Below, one piece after another: positions 28,813-38,700 of a stretch of DNA of 64,000 nt. Numbering within the stretch: the stretch's first letter is position 1; every line of letters begins with the position of its first letter. The translations under genes and the position numbers were made by a program. Where the stretch lies: positions 41,620 to 105,619 of the forward strand of contig CAINDP010000063.1 of the NCBI GenBank assembly GCA_903847405.1. The letters run 5' to 3'. Source of the DNA: an uncultured Myxococcales bacterium. GTDB lineage: Bacteria; Myxococcota_A; UBA9042; DTJE01. The notes beneath the pieces were generated by a model, which saw only the letters and a list, made by a program, of their open reading frames with translations, was not told where the DNA came from and did not search any database.

Positions 28813-30021
28813 ATGCTGCGCCGTTCGCTGATCCTGAAACTGTTCGACGCCTTTTCGATCCAGCGGTGGAACGACCAGATCCGCCCGGTGGAACTGGTCG
28901 AAATGGACAAGCACGCCCACAAGATGGCCATCGCCTGGTGCCTGGCGCGCTGGGAGGAGGACGCCGGCCACTCCGTGGACTGGCACAACCTGATCCGCGG
29001 CGGCCTGTTCGAACTGCTGCGCCGGACCGTGCTGTCGGACATCAAGCAGCCCGTGTACCAGGCCATCCGCAGCGGGCACCGCGAGGCGTTCGCGCGCCTG
29101 AGCGACTGGGTGTACCGCCAGTTGGAGCCCCTGGTGGACGACGTCGGCGTCCGGGCCGACCTGCGGCGCTACCTGGTGGACGACGACCTCCTGGACGACA
29201 CGTCCCGCCGGATTCTTGCGGCCGCGCACTTCCAGGCCAGCCTGTGGGAGTTCCGCATCATCCAGCGCATGAACCCCGGCAGCCGCCTGACCACGCGGGT
29301 AGACCGCCTGATGAACAGCGAACTGGGCACCCACCTGGACCTGGTCGGCATGCGCAACCTGGCCACGGGCGCGCTGGTGTCGGCCCAGGGCGGCGTGTCG
29401 GACTTCGTGGACCTGGTCGGCCACCTGCGCTTCCAGGTCCGCTGGGCCCAGACGCCCCGCATCCCCCCGACCTCGGTCCTGGGCCACAGCATGCTGGTCG
29501 CGTGCCTGTCCTACCTGCTGGCCCGGGAGGTCGGCGCGACCGACCGCCGCCTGCGCAACGACTTCTTCGGCGGGCTGTTCCACGACCTCCCGGAATCCGT
29601 GACGCGCGACATCGTGTCCCCGGTCAAGCGATCCATCCCCGAACTGGCCGAGGTCATCGGGCAGATCGAGCAGGAACTGGCCGCGGCGGAAATCTACCCG
29701 CTGGTGGAGCCGTCGTGGCGCGACGAACTGCGGTACTTCACGACCGACGAGTTCGACAGCAAGATCCGCGAGGCCGGCGCGGTCCGGAAGGTCACGTCCG
29801 ACGCCATCAACGCGTCGTTCAACGCCGACGCCCACGACCCCATCGACGGCGAACTGATCCGCGTGGCCGACCACCTGTCCGCATACGCAGAAGCCTACAA
29901 GAGCACCAGCAGCGGCATCCGGACCCCGCAACTGGAGGAAGGGCTGCAACTGGCGGCGGCGTGGAAGGGGCGGACGGTGGGGGGCATCGACGTCGGGGCG
30001 ATCTACGGGGATTTCCAGTAG
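28813..30021 (+). CDS. HD-domain protein (metal-dependent phosphohydrolase fold, YfbR-like), function unknown
   Basis: AGGAG RBS. H ... HD motif in LGHSMLVAC ... GGLFHDLPE. An N-terminal second HD-like half (DKHAHKMAIAW). Confidence 0.55.
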   Translation: MLRRSLILKLFDAFSIQRWNDQIRPVELVEMDKHAHKMAIAWCLARWEEDAGHSVDWHNLIRGGLFELLRRTVLSDIKQPVYQAIRSGHREAFARLSDWVYRQLEPLVDDVGVRADLRRYLVDDDLLDDTSRRILAAAHFQASLWEFRIIQRMNPGSRLTTRVDRLMNSELGTHLDLVGMRNLATGALVSAQGGVSDFVDLVGHLRFQVRWAQTPRIPPTSVLGHSMLVACLSYLLAREVGATDRRLRNDFFGGLFHDLPESVTRDIVSPVKRSIPELAEVIGQIEQELAAAEIYPLVEPSWRDELRYFTTDEFDSKIREAGAVRKVTSDAINASFNADAHDPIDGELIRVADHLSAYAEAYKSTSSGIRTPQLEEGLQLAAAWKGRTVGGIDVGAIYGDFQ

Positions 30022-30037
30022 GGGCGGCGAAGGGGGC

Positions 30038-31732
30038 CTACTTCTTGTCTTCCTTCTTCCCTTCCTTCTTCTTCTTTTCTCCCTCGTCGTAGCCGTCCAT
30101 GTCCCCCTTCGATACCGAGCCGATCCGGGTGCTGGGGTTGCCCCTGATGCCGTGGCCGTTTCCGTCGTCATAGACCACGTTCTTGTCGTCGGCGTCGGTG
30201 ACCAGTTCGTTGATCTTGTCGTTGATGGCCGTTTCCGGCTTCCCGTACAGGTCCTGGATGTTCGAGGTGTTGAAGACGGCCCCGTCGATCGCGACGTGCC
30301 CGTCCTCGTGGCCGACCATGCCGTCGTGGGCCGTTTCCCACGCCTTCTGCTGCAACGGGTGGTACTTCGTCTTGTCGGCGTTGTACTGGGTCCAGTGGGG
30401 CGTGACCTCCTCGTCCTGGGTCTGCAGGGTGACCTTGGTGATCTGGCCCTTGACCAGCGTGGGCCGTCCCTTCACGGTCGGCTTGTCGGGCAGGACGTAC
30501 AGGATGCTGCCCTTGCTGCCCTCGTTCTGCGCCGACGTCAGGGCGTCCAGTTTGTCCTTGAACAGATAGAAGTCCGGCTCGGACACGGCGACGCTGCGCT
30601 TCCGCGGCGCCCCGAATTCGAAGGTGATGGCGCCGGCCGGCGCCGGGCCCTCCACCAGCGGCGTCACCACGTCCAGCCCGTTCGTCGCGTCCAGCCCGCC
30701 CAGGATCTGGTCCAGCGTGGCACCCACGGCGTCCAGGTCCACGGTCAGGGGCCTGCCCAGGTCGTCCAGGGCCTGCAGGAACGCGTCGATCTGGGAACCG
30801 TAGTCCTGGCGAAGTCCGTCCGCGTACGCTTCGGCCTCGTCCTTGACCTGGCTGGCGGTGGACACGACGAGGTCCCAGGCCGCAGCCGGATCCGGAACGA
30901 CGGAGTCCCCCTCCGGCGCTGCGCCACCGTCCCCGCCTCCCGTCGCGTCGGCCACGGTCTGGGCGACGGTATCCGCGACGCCGCCCACCGTGTCGGCAAC
31001 CTTGGCGGCCACGTCCTTCACGGTGTCCGCGACCGTGTCGACCACGTTGCTGGCCGTGTCGGCGACGGCATCCGCCGCCCCGCCGACCGCATCCGATGCC
31101 GCGTCGTAGGCATCGCCTGCCGCATCGGCCAGGTCATCGGTCCACCCGGCCCTGGGGGCGGGTTCCTGCGGGGCAGCCCCGGATCCGGCGGATCCGCGAT
31201 TGCGACCGGCGCCATTCGACAGCACGGCGAGGCGCGCGTGGACCTGCTGCACCTTCGCCAGGACCGCGGCCTTGGCCGCCGGCCCGGGACCCGCCGGGGC
31301 CGGACCGCCGCCGCCCGCAGTACCGCCGCCCGCAGCCCCGCCCACCGCGACGTCACCGGCGTCCAGCCGCGCCCAGGTCTTCGGCCCGACCACGCCGTCG
31401 GCAGACAGGCCGCCGGCCCGCTGAAAGTCCCTGACCGCCCGAAGGGTCGCCGGCCCGAAGGCGCCGTCGGCGGCCAGGCCGGCCCCCGTGGCGTTCAACG
31501 ATTGCTGCAGGTCGACCACCGCCGCGGACTTCTGGCCGACGCGCAACGTCGGCCGGGAACCGCCCCCGGCGCCGCGCGGACTCAGAATCGCGACCTGTTC
31601 GTCGTAGCCCTTCCCGCGCAGCGACTCGCGCACTCCGGAAGGTCCCTCGGGTGATGGGGATGGCTTCGTGGCGCGCGACGCCTGGACGGAGGCTCCCTGG
31701 GGGGCCTGGACGCGATCCGGTCCGGACGCCAT
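30038..31732 (-). CDS. peptidoglycan-binding-domain protein with Ala/Asp/Thr/Val-rich repeat linker and a C-terminal HExxH-containing domain
   Basis: PG_binding_1-like block (LRVGQKSAAVVDLQQSLN ... GPATLRAVRDFQ ... GVVGPKTWARL). ADTV-type repeats. C-terminus WETAHDGMVGHEDGHVAIDG (HEDGH) and a Lys/Glu tail. The last ~500 nt have visibly lower GC3 than the rest of the window. No signal peptide. Confidence 0.6.
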   Translation of the reverse strand: MASGPDRVQAPQGASVQASRATKPSPSPEGPSGVRESLRGKGYDEQVAILSPRGAGGGSRPTLRVGQKSAAVVDLQQSLNATGAGLAADGAFGPATLRAVRDFQRAGGLSADGVVGPKTWARLDAGDVAVGGAAGGGTAGGGGPAPAGPGPAAKAAVLAKVQQVHARLAVLSNGAGRNRGSAGSGAAPQEPAPRAGWTDDLADAAGDAYDAASDAVGGAADAVADTASNVVDTVADTVKDVAAKVADTVGGVADTVAQTVADATGGGDGGAAPEGDSVVPDPAAAWDLVVSTASQVKDEAEAYADGLRQDYGSQIDAFLQALDDLGRPLTVDLDAVGATLDQILGGLDATNGLDVVTPLVEGPAPAGAITFEFGAPRKRSVAVSEPDFYLFKDKLDALTSAQNEGSKGSILYVLPDKPTVKGRPTLVKGQITKVTLQTQDEEVTPHWTQYNADKTKYHPLQQKAWETAHDGMVGHEDGHVAIDGAVFNTSNIQDLYGKPETAINDKINELVTDADDKNVVYDDGNGHGIRGNPSTRIGSVSKGDMDGYDEGEKKKKEGKKEDKK

Positions 31733-31784
31733 GACGATTCCCTGTGGCAGACCGTGACGAATGATAGCGCGGATCGTCAGGCCT

Positions 31785-33866
31785 TCATGGATTGGCCCGC
31801 TGATCGGGCGATGCAGCAGCGTCCTTCCCGGGTATCAGGTGCCGGGTCAGCAACGCCGACAGCAGCCCTCCCAGGTTCCCGTCGCCCCCCTGGACCAGCA
31901 CGTCGGGCGTGACCTTCACGTTGCCCAGGGCGATCTGCTTGGCGATTTCCACGGCCGTGACGCCGCTGGCCCCGATGGCCTGGTTCTGCAGCATGTAGGC
32001 CTTCGCTGTCGCCTCGCCCATGGCCAGGATCCGGGCGCCCTCGGCACGGCCCTTCGCCTCGATGCCCTTGGCCTCGCCCTCGGCCCGCAGCCGGATCGAC
32101 TCGGCCTCGCCGCCCGCCGTCTGGATCGCCCTCTCGCGGTTCTGCTCGGCGATCTTCACGCCGATTTCCGCCTCGACCAGATCCTTCTGCTTGTCGGCCT
32201 GGGCGCCGGTCTTTTCCTTCGCGATGCGCTCCTGCTCGGCCTTCTGCTGGGCCTGGTACATGGCCTGCTGCTGGTCGGCGATGATCTTCTTGGTCTGGGT
32301 ATCCATCAGTTCCTTCGGCAGCCCGATCTGGCAGATCAGCACCGACACCAGTTCGACGTGGTAGCGCTCCAGTTCGATCTTCGTGCGGTCCTCGGCCTTC
32401 TTCTGCTCGTCCGAGCGGTCCTGCAGGAAGTTCATGGCCGACGTGGACGACGCCTGGTTGCGGAAGGAACTGTCGATCATCGGATGGATGACGTGGTTGA
32501 TCAGGTTGTCGATGGAACCGATCTTGGCCACCATGTAGGGCGCCTGGTCGGGCCGAACGCGGATCACGACCTTGACGCTGACCGAAATCTCGAAGCCGTC
32601 CTTCGAAATGACCTTCAGGGAATCGAACCGCGTCGTCTTTTCCTCGTCCCAGTCGATCGTGATGTTCGTGGTGTCCACGACATAGGCCATGTAGGCCAGG
32701 CGGTTCAGGTAGTACACGCCGGGACCGGCGACCTCCTGCTGGATGCCCCGGAAGCCCGCCGGCACGACATAGCGTTCGATGCCCGCGTCCAGGCGCGTTT
32801 CGATGGCCTTCCGCGCCCCGGCGTCCACGGTGCCGCCCCGGGCCAGCGCGGCCTCTTCGACGCCGGCACGGACCTGGGGAGGCTCCTCGCCGACGTTGGA
32901 CACGACGACCGCGACCTGGCCGCGCTCGATGACCGCGACGTCGTCCTCCTGGACCTTGAACAGCATCGGGTTGATGTAGTAGGTGCCCGGCCGCAGCACG
33001 TCGAACTGCGGGCCGCGCTGGCCGCCGTTCTGCAGGAACGCCGAGGCGTCCTGGTAGTCGGCGTGCCCCTGGACCGACTTCGCGACGTACTCCTTGTCCG
33101 GCAGCGGCGCGCCGTCCAGGGCGGTCACCAGGCCCACCTTCTTGGCGGGGATCACGGTCGCGACGGTCACCTCGACCTTGAACAGGTCCACGTTGATGCG
33201 GTACGTGCCGGGCTGGAGGATCTGGATCTGGGGGCCTTTCTGGCCACCGTTCTTCAGGAAGGCCTCGCCGTCCTGGAACGCGTTGTGCCCCTCTGCGAGA
33301 ACGGCCAGAAGGCGCCCCGGCGCGATGGCCTTGCCGTCCATGGCCGTCACGATGCCCACCTGCCCCTTGTTGATGACGATGGCGTCCAGCAGGCGCACCT
33401 TGAACAGGTTCAGATTGATGCGGTAGGTGCCGGGGGGCAGGATCTGGATCTGCGGGCCCTTTTCGCCGCCGTTGCGCAGGAAGGCCTCGCCGTCCTGGAA
33501 GGCGTTGTGGCCTTCCACGCGCTTGGCGAAGATCAGCCCGGGCGGCACCGGGTCGCCGTCGATGGACTCGATCAGGCCCACCTGGTTTTCGCCGACGACC
33601 ACGAAGGCCGACTTGCGCGCCGCGTACAGGAAGGGGATCAGGAAGTGCAGCCCCGGCCCCAGCGTGCGGGCCTGGATGCCCACCTCGTCGGCCTGGGCGA
33701 TGACGCGGCCCTGGGGCATCTTGGCGCCGAAGTACCGCCGTTCCAGCACGGCGATCTGGGTGCCGCCCACGATGACGACGGAAGACCACACCAGCGCCCA
33801 CAGGAACAGGACCAGCGGCAACGCCACCAGGACGACGATGTAGAGGGGGATGCCCAGGAAGGTCAC
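31785..33866 (-). CDS. flotillin-like SPFH/Band-7 membrane protein with a triplicated ~75-aa insert
   Basis: N-terminal TM helix. SPFH core and a C-terminal flotillin-type EA-rich coiled coil (KAEQERIAKEK ... AEGEAKGIEAKGRAEG). Three copies of EGHNAFQDGEAFL(R/K)NGG.KGPQIQIL.PGTYRIN. Confidence 0.8.
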   Translation of the reverse strand: MTFLGIPLYIVVLVALPLVLFLWALVWSSVVIVGGTQIAVLERRYFGAKMPQGRVIAQADEVGIQARTLGPGLHFLIPFLYAARKSAFVVVGENQVGLIESIDGDPVPPGLIFAKRVEGHNAFQDGEAFLRNGGEKGPQIQILPPGTYRINLNLFKVRLLDAIVINKGQVGIVTAMDGKAIAPGRLLAVLAEGHNAFQDGEAFLKNGGQKGPQIQILQPGTYRINVDLFKVEVTVATVIPAKKVGLVTALDGAPLPDKEYVAKSVQGHADYQDASAFLQNGGQRGPQFDVLRPGTYYINPMLFKVQEDDVAVIERGQVAVVVSNVGEEPPQVRAGVEEAALARGGTVDAGARKAIETRLDAGIERYVVPAGFRGIQQEVAGPGVYYLNRLAYMAYVVDTTNITIDWDEEKTTRFDSLKVISKDGFEISVSVKVVIRVRPDQAPYMVAKIGSIDNLINHVIHPMIDSSFRNQASSTSAMNFLQDRSDEQKKAEDRTKIELERYHVELVSVLICQIGLPKELMDTQTKKIIADQQQAMYQAQQKAEQERIAKEKTGAQADKQKDLVEAEIGVKIAEQNRERAIQTAGGEAESIRLRAEGEAKGIEAKGRAEGARILAMGEATAKAYMLQNQAIGASGVTAVEIAKQIALGNVKVTPDVLVQGGDGNLGGLLSALLTRHLIPGKDAAASPDQRANP

Positions 33867-33948
33867 GGGAGCCTCCAGCCGAACGGATGGGCCACACTAA
33901 GCCCCCCCGACCGACTGCGTCAAGGCTCCCCTTCCCTGCCGCGGATCC

Positions 33949-34239
33949 CTACGGCCTCGGACACGAGCAGACGGCCGTTCCACCGGCGTTCACCGGCGGA
34001 CTCAGGACCGGGGCTTCCACGGCCTGATCCTTCGACGGGGCCGCTTCCTTCGCCTTCACCGGCGTGGCGGCGGCGTCCTTCTTCGCCTGCTCCGACTTCT
34101 GCTGCGCCAGCACCCAGGGCGCCGAACCTTCGCCGAACCGGGGCATGGCGCCCAGCGTGGAAACCCAGGACACCGCCGCGGCGGGCAGCGGAATCGACAG
34201 CAGCAGCGCGGCAACGACACCCAGCAGCACCTTTCGCAT
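33949..34239 (-). CDS. small secreted protein (96 aa), Ala/Lys-rich, function unknown
   Basis: ATG at 34239 with a GGGAGG RBS. Signal peptide MRKVLLGVVAALLLSIPLPAAA. Immediately upstream of the flotillin gene on the same strand. Confidence 0.4.
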   Translation of the reverse strand: MRKVLLGVVAALLLSIPLPAAAVSWVSTLGAMPRFGEGSAPWVLAQQKSEQAKKDAAATPVKAKEAAPSKDQAVEAPVLSPPVNAGGTAVCSCPRP

Positions 34240-34375
34240 ACCGACCTCCCGGGGACACCTGCCCCATGGTCATCGGTACCACGATGGATATCCTCCGGGT
34301 ATTTGCAATGGCATTTCGGTGGACGGGCCGGGCCGGGTTTCAGGTAGGATCCAGGCGGAAAAATGGCGAGGCCCC

Positions 34376-35620
34376 ATGCCCGACACCCCTGGACGACCGT
34401 CCCGGATCCGGCGGATCGCGCCGGTTGCAGCGCTGGTGGTGCTGCTGGCCCTGGCGACCGCCGGCACGGTGTACCGCCACACGCTGGTGCGGCTGGTGCG
34501 CACCCTGACGCTGTTCGAACCGGACCGCATCGCCGCGAACTTCCGCACGATGGGCGACGCCTTCGACGCGCGGATCGTCCACCGGGGGCCCCAGTCCTGG
34601 CCCTTCCGGTACGCCCCGCGTCCGCTGCCGGCCACCTACACCTTCCGGGGCGAAACCCGGGACCTGGCCGCGTTCCTGGAGCGCACCGGCACGACGGGGC
34701 TGGTGGTGGCAAGGGACGACACGATCCACTACGAGGACTACCGGCAGGGGAACACCGCCGCCTCGAAGGCGATCGCCTGGTCGGTGACGAAGTCGTTCGT
34801 GTCGGCCCTGTTCGGCATCGCGGTCGCCGAGGGCCTGGTCACCGACATCCATCGCCCGGTCACCGACTACGTGCCGTCCCTGCGCGGCTCGGGCTATGAC
34901 GGCGTGCCCATCAAGGACGTCCTGCAGATGTCCTCGGGCATCGGGTTCGACGAGGACTACGGGGACTTCGGGTCGGACATCAACCGCCTGGGACGGGCCT
35001 TCGCGTGCAACGCGCCCCTGGGCGAATTCGTGGCCGGCCTGCAGCGGGAGCGGCCGCCGGGCACCTTCCACCACTACGTCAGCATGGACACGCAGGTCCT
35101 GGGCATGGTCCTGCGCGAGGTCACCGGGCGCCCCCTGGCCGAGTTCCTGGAAGACAGGTTGTGGAAGCCCCTGGGCATGGAATCCGACGCCCTGTGGCTG
35201 ATCGACGGCGCCGGGATGGAGGCCGCCTTCGGGGGCCTGAACGCGGTGCTGCGGGACTGGGTGCGCTTCGGGCGCCTGTACCTGCACGGCGGGGAATGGA
35301 ACGGCCGGCAGATCATCCCGGCCGACTGGGTGCGCGCCTCGGTGACGCCCGATGCCCCGCACCTGCAGCCCGGGGCCAGGGTCACGTCGACCTGGGTCCT
35401 GGGCTACGGGTACCAGTGGTGGCTGCCCGAAGCCCCCGAGGGCGACTACCTGGCGATCGGCGTGTACGGGCAGTTCCTGTACGTCCACCCGGGCCGCGGC
35501 ATCGTCATCGCCCGCAGTTCCGCGTACGCCGACTACAACATCGACGGCGACGACATGGAACTGGAAACCATCGCGGCCTTCCGGGCCATCGCCCAGGCAA
35601 TGGACGGGGGACCTTCCTGA
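34376..35620 (+). CDS. beta-lactamase-family serine hydrolase (EstB/class-C-like), N-terminal membrane anchor/signal
   Basis: ATG at 34376 (MPDTPGRPSRIRRIAPVAALVVLLALATAG). SxxK motif AWSVTKSF. YxN-type and KTG-like regions plausible. Confidence 0.7.
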   Translation: MPDTPGRPSRIRRIAPVAALVVLLALATAGTVYRHTLVRLVRTLTLFEPDRIAANFRTMGDAFDARIVHRGPQSWPFRYAPRPLPATYTFRGETRDLAAFLERTGTTGLVVARDDTIHYEDYRQGNTAASKAIAWSVTKSFVSALFGIAVAEGLVTDIHRPVTDYVPSLRGSGYDGVPIKDVLQMSSGIGFDEDYGDFGSDINRLGRAFACNAPLGEFVAGLQRERPPGTFHHYVSMDTQVLGMVLREVTGRPLAEFLEDRLWKPLGMESDALWLIDGAGMEAAFGGLNAVLRDWVRFGRLYLHGGEWNGRQIIPADWVRASVTPDAPHLQPGARVTSTWVLGYGYQWWLPEAPEGDYLAIGVYGQFLYVHPGRGIVIARSSAYADYNIDGDDMELETIAAFRAIAQAMDGGPS

Positions 35621-35760
35621 CGGGGCGCGTGGCGACTGCCGCCGCCCCCCCAGCCATTGTCAGAACGCGTGGTTCCAGCGACAATCCGCCCCGGCCGGCA
35701 CCCGCGGGGACCGATTGGGTGAAGGCGAGCGGTGAAGGCGAGCAAGTGAGTGATCGGAGG

Positions 35761-38700
35761 ATGACCATGACGGCGAAGCGGATCGGAATGGTGCTGGGCC
35801 TGCTGGCGATCGTGACGACGGGGTGCGATGCCCTTCCCCCGCCTGCCCCCGTGCCCCAGGATGCCCCCGCCCTGCAGGCTGCCCGGACCCCGATGGCGCC
35901 ACGCGACGCCCTGGCGGCCCGCGCTGCGGCCCTGAGGATCGACGGGACACGCCTGGCCCGGCCGGGTGGCGTTGCGACCCGCGTGCCCGCCGGCCTGGAA
36001 CGCCTGTCCAACGGCCTGGCAACCCTGTTCGACGCCGACGGCCTGCCGCTGGCGGGCGCCGCCGCACGAACCGCCGCGTCCGCGAAGGGCATCCGGATGG
36101 ACAACGATCGCGTCCAGGTGGTCGTGCATCGCGACCGGCCCGGTTCGTTCCTGCGGGGCGACACTGCGACGCTGGGCTCCGTGCCCTTCCTGGTGGACGC
36201 CGCCGTGGAGGGGCAGACCCAGGGCTGGGTGCGCGTCGCCGATCTGCCGCGCCTGTCCCGGGATCCCCGGGTGCGCGCCGTGACGGTGCCGGTCCCGCCC
36301 CGGACCACCGCGATCACGTCCGAGGGGCTGGTCCGGATGAACGTCCCGACCGTCCAGGCCCTGAACATCAAGGGCCAGGGCCAGAAAATCGCCATCCTGG
36401 ACGTCGGGTTCACAGGCTACGCGGCGCTGCTGGGCACCGAACTGCCCGCCGTCGTGACCGCGAAATCGTTCTATGGCGCGGCCCCCGGGGACATCACGGG
36501 CGGCGGCGAGGTCCACGGCACCGCGGTGGCGGAAGTCGTGTACGACGTGGCCCCCTCGGCCCAGTTGTACCTGGTGAACTACGACTCGGAAGTGACCTTC
36601 AAGACCGCGGTGGACTGGCTGATCGCCCAGGGCGTGGACGTCATCACGACCTCCACCGGCACCTTCAGTTGGGAAAACACCGACGGCACGGGCCCCGTGG
36701 CCCAGAAGGCCAACGCCGCCCGGGACGCCGGGATCGTGTTCACCGCCGCGGCGGGCAACAACGGCGATTCCCACCACCGGGCGACCTTCACGCCGTCCGG
36801 CGTGGCCGAGTACCACAAGTTCTACAGCAGCGGCGCCAACATCCTGTTCCTGGCCGACGACGGCACGAACATCTACTACATCCCGAAGGACTCGCCGATC
36901 CTGGTGGACCTGGTGTGGGACGACTGGGGCGCCAACAACGGCACGCCCACCTCGACCGTGGACTACGACCTGTATCTGGCGATGTACGACGAAACGGTGA
37001 CCCCGGCGGCCTGGACCATCGTCGCTGCAGCCGAGGACGTCCAGGGCGGCGCCGCCTTCCCGCGCGAGTCCATCGGCGTCTATGCGCCCCAGGACGCCGC
37101 CTACGGCCTGGTGGTGGCCAAGAAGACCGCCACCGCCGCCAACCGGCCCTTCGACCTGTACATCGCGAACATCTTTTCGGACCTGAACCTCTTCGGCCCG
37201 GACATCCTGGTCCCGGCCGGCAGCGTCATCAGCCCGTGCGTGGGCGCGAAGGTCCTGTGCGTCGGCGCCGTGGACGTCAACGACGCCCTGCTGGCCTACA
37301 GCAGCCGGGGACCCAGCCACCCGAACGGCACGGGCACCACGATCTCGAAGCCCGACTTCGCGGCGCCGTCCGAGGTCAGCACGGCCACCTACCCGAAGAA
37401 CGCGACGACCCCGGCGGGCTTCGGCGGCACCTCCGGGGCGACGCCCCACGCGGCCGGCGTCGCGGCGCTGTTCCTGCAACTGGCCGCCGGGGACCCCGCG
37501 ATCGCGGAGGCCCAGATGAAGACGGCCGCCGTGGACCTGGGCGCCGTCGGGCGGGACGACACCTACGGATACGGCCGGGTCCGGGCGGTGCCGTGCTGGA
37601 CCTCGCTGTGCGACGACGGGCTGGCCTGCACCACGGACACCTGCCACGCGACCCTGGGCTGCCAGCACGCGGCCAGCGGCGTCGGCTGCCTGATCGAGGG
37701 CGCCTGCGTCGCCAACGGTGCGGCCAACCCGGGAAACGCGTGCCAGAAGTGCGACCAGGCGGCGCCGACCCAGTGGACGGCCCTGACGAACGGGAGCGCC
37801 TGCGCCGGCGACGGCGACGACTGCACCCTGGACCAGTGCCAGGCGGGCGCCTGCGCACACCCGTCGGCCCCCAACGCCACGCCCTGCCCCGACGACGGGT
37901 TCACCTGCACGTCGGATAGTTGCCAGTCGGGGACCTGCCAGCACGCGGTCGCGACGGGCTGCCTGGTGGACGGCGCCTGCCGGGCCGCGGGCGCATCCAA
38001 TCCCGACAACCCCTGCCAGCAGTGCGCCCCGGCGAACAGGACCCGGTGGACCGACAAGGCGGTCGGGACGCCCTGCGAGGACGGGCTGTTCTGCACGACC
38101 GGCGACACCTGCCAGACGGGCGCCGTGTGCCAGTCGGGCCTTCCGACGGACTGCACCGGACTGGCGAACGACTGCAACACCGCGGCCTGCGACGAGGCCC
38201 GGGGCGCCTGCGTCCGGGTGCCGCGCGGCGACAGCACGCCCTGCACCGGCGACGGCGACAACTGCACCGTGGACGCCTGCAAGACCGGCGTGTGCCTGCA
38301 CCCGGCGCTGCCCAGCGACTGCGGCGCCCGGGTCTGCGGGAACTCGCCGAACGGCTGCTACAGTTGCGGCGCCTGCGCGCCCGGGTTCGGTTGCGGCAGC
38401 GACGGGCAGTGCTCCGACCTGTGCGCGGGCGTGACCTGCCCCGAGTGCCAGGGGTGCGCGAACGGCGCCTGCGTGCCCGCCGGCGAGGGCAACGCCTGTA
38501 CGACCGACGGCAACGCCTGCACCTCCGACACGTGCAGTGCAGGCGCCTGCGTCCACCCGGCGGTGGGCAACGGACAGCCCTGCAACGACGGCAGCGCCTG
38601 CACCCGCACCGACACCTGCGTGGCGGGCGCCTGCACCGGCGGCGACCCGTTGGTGTGCACCGCCCTGAACGAGTGCCACGTGACGGGCGTCTGCAACCCC

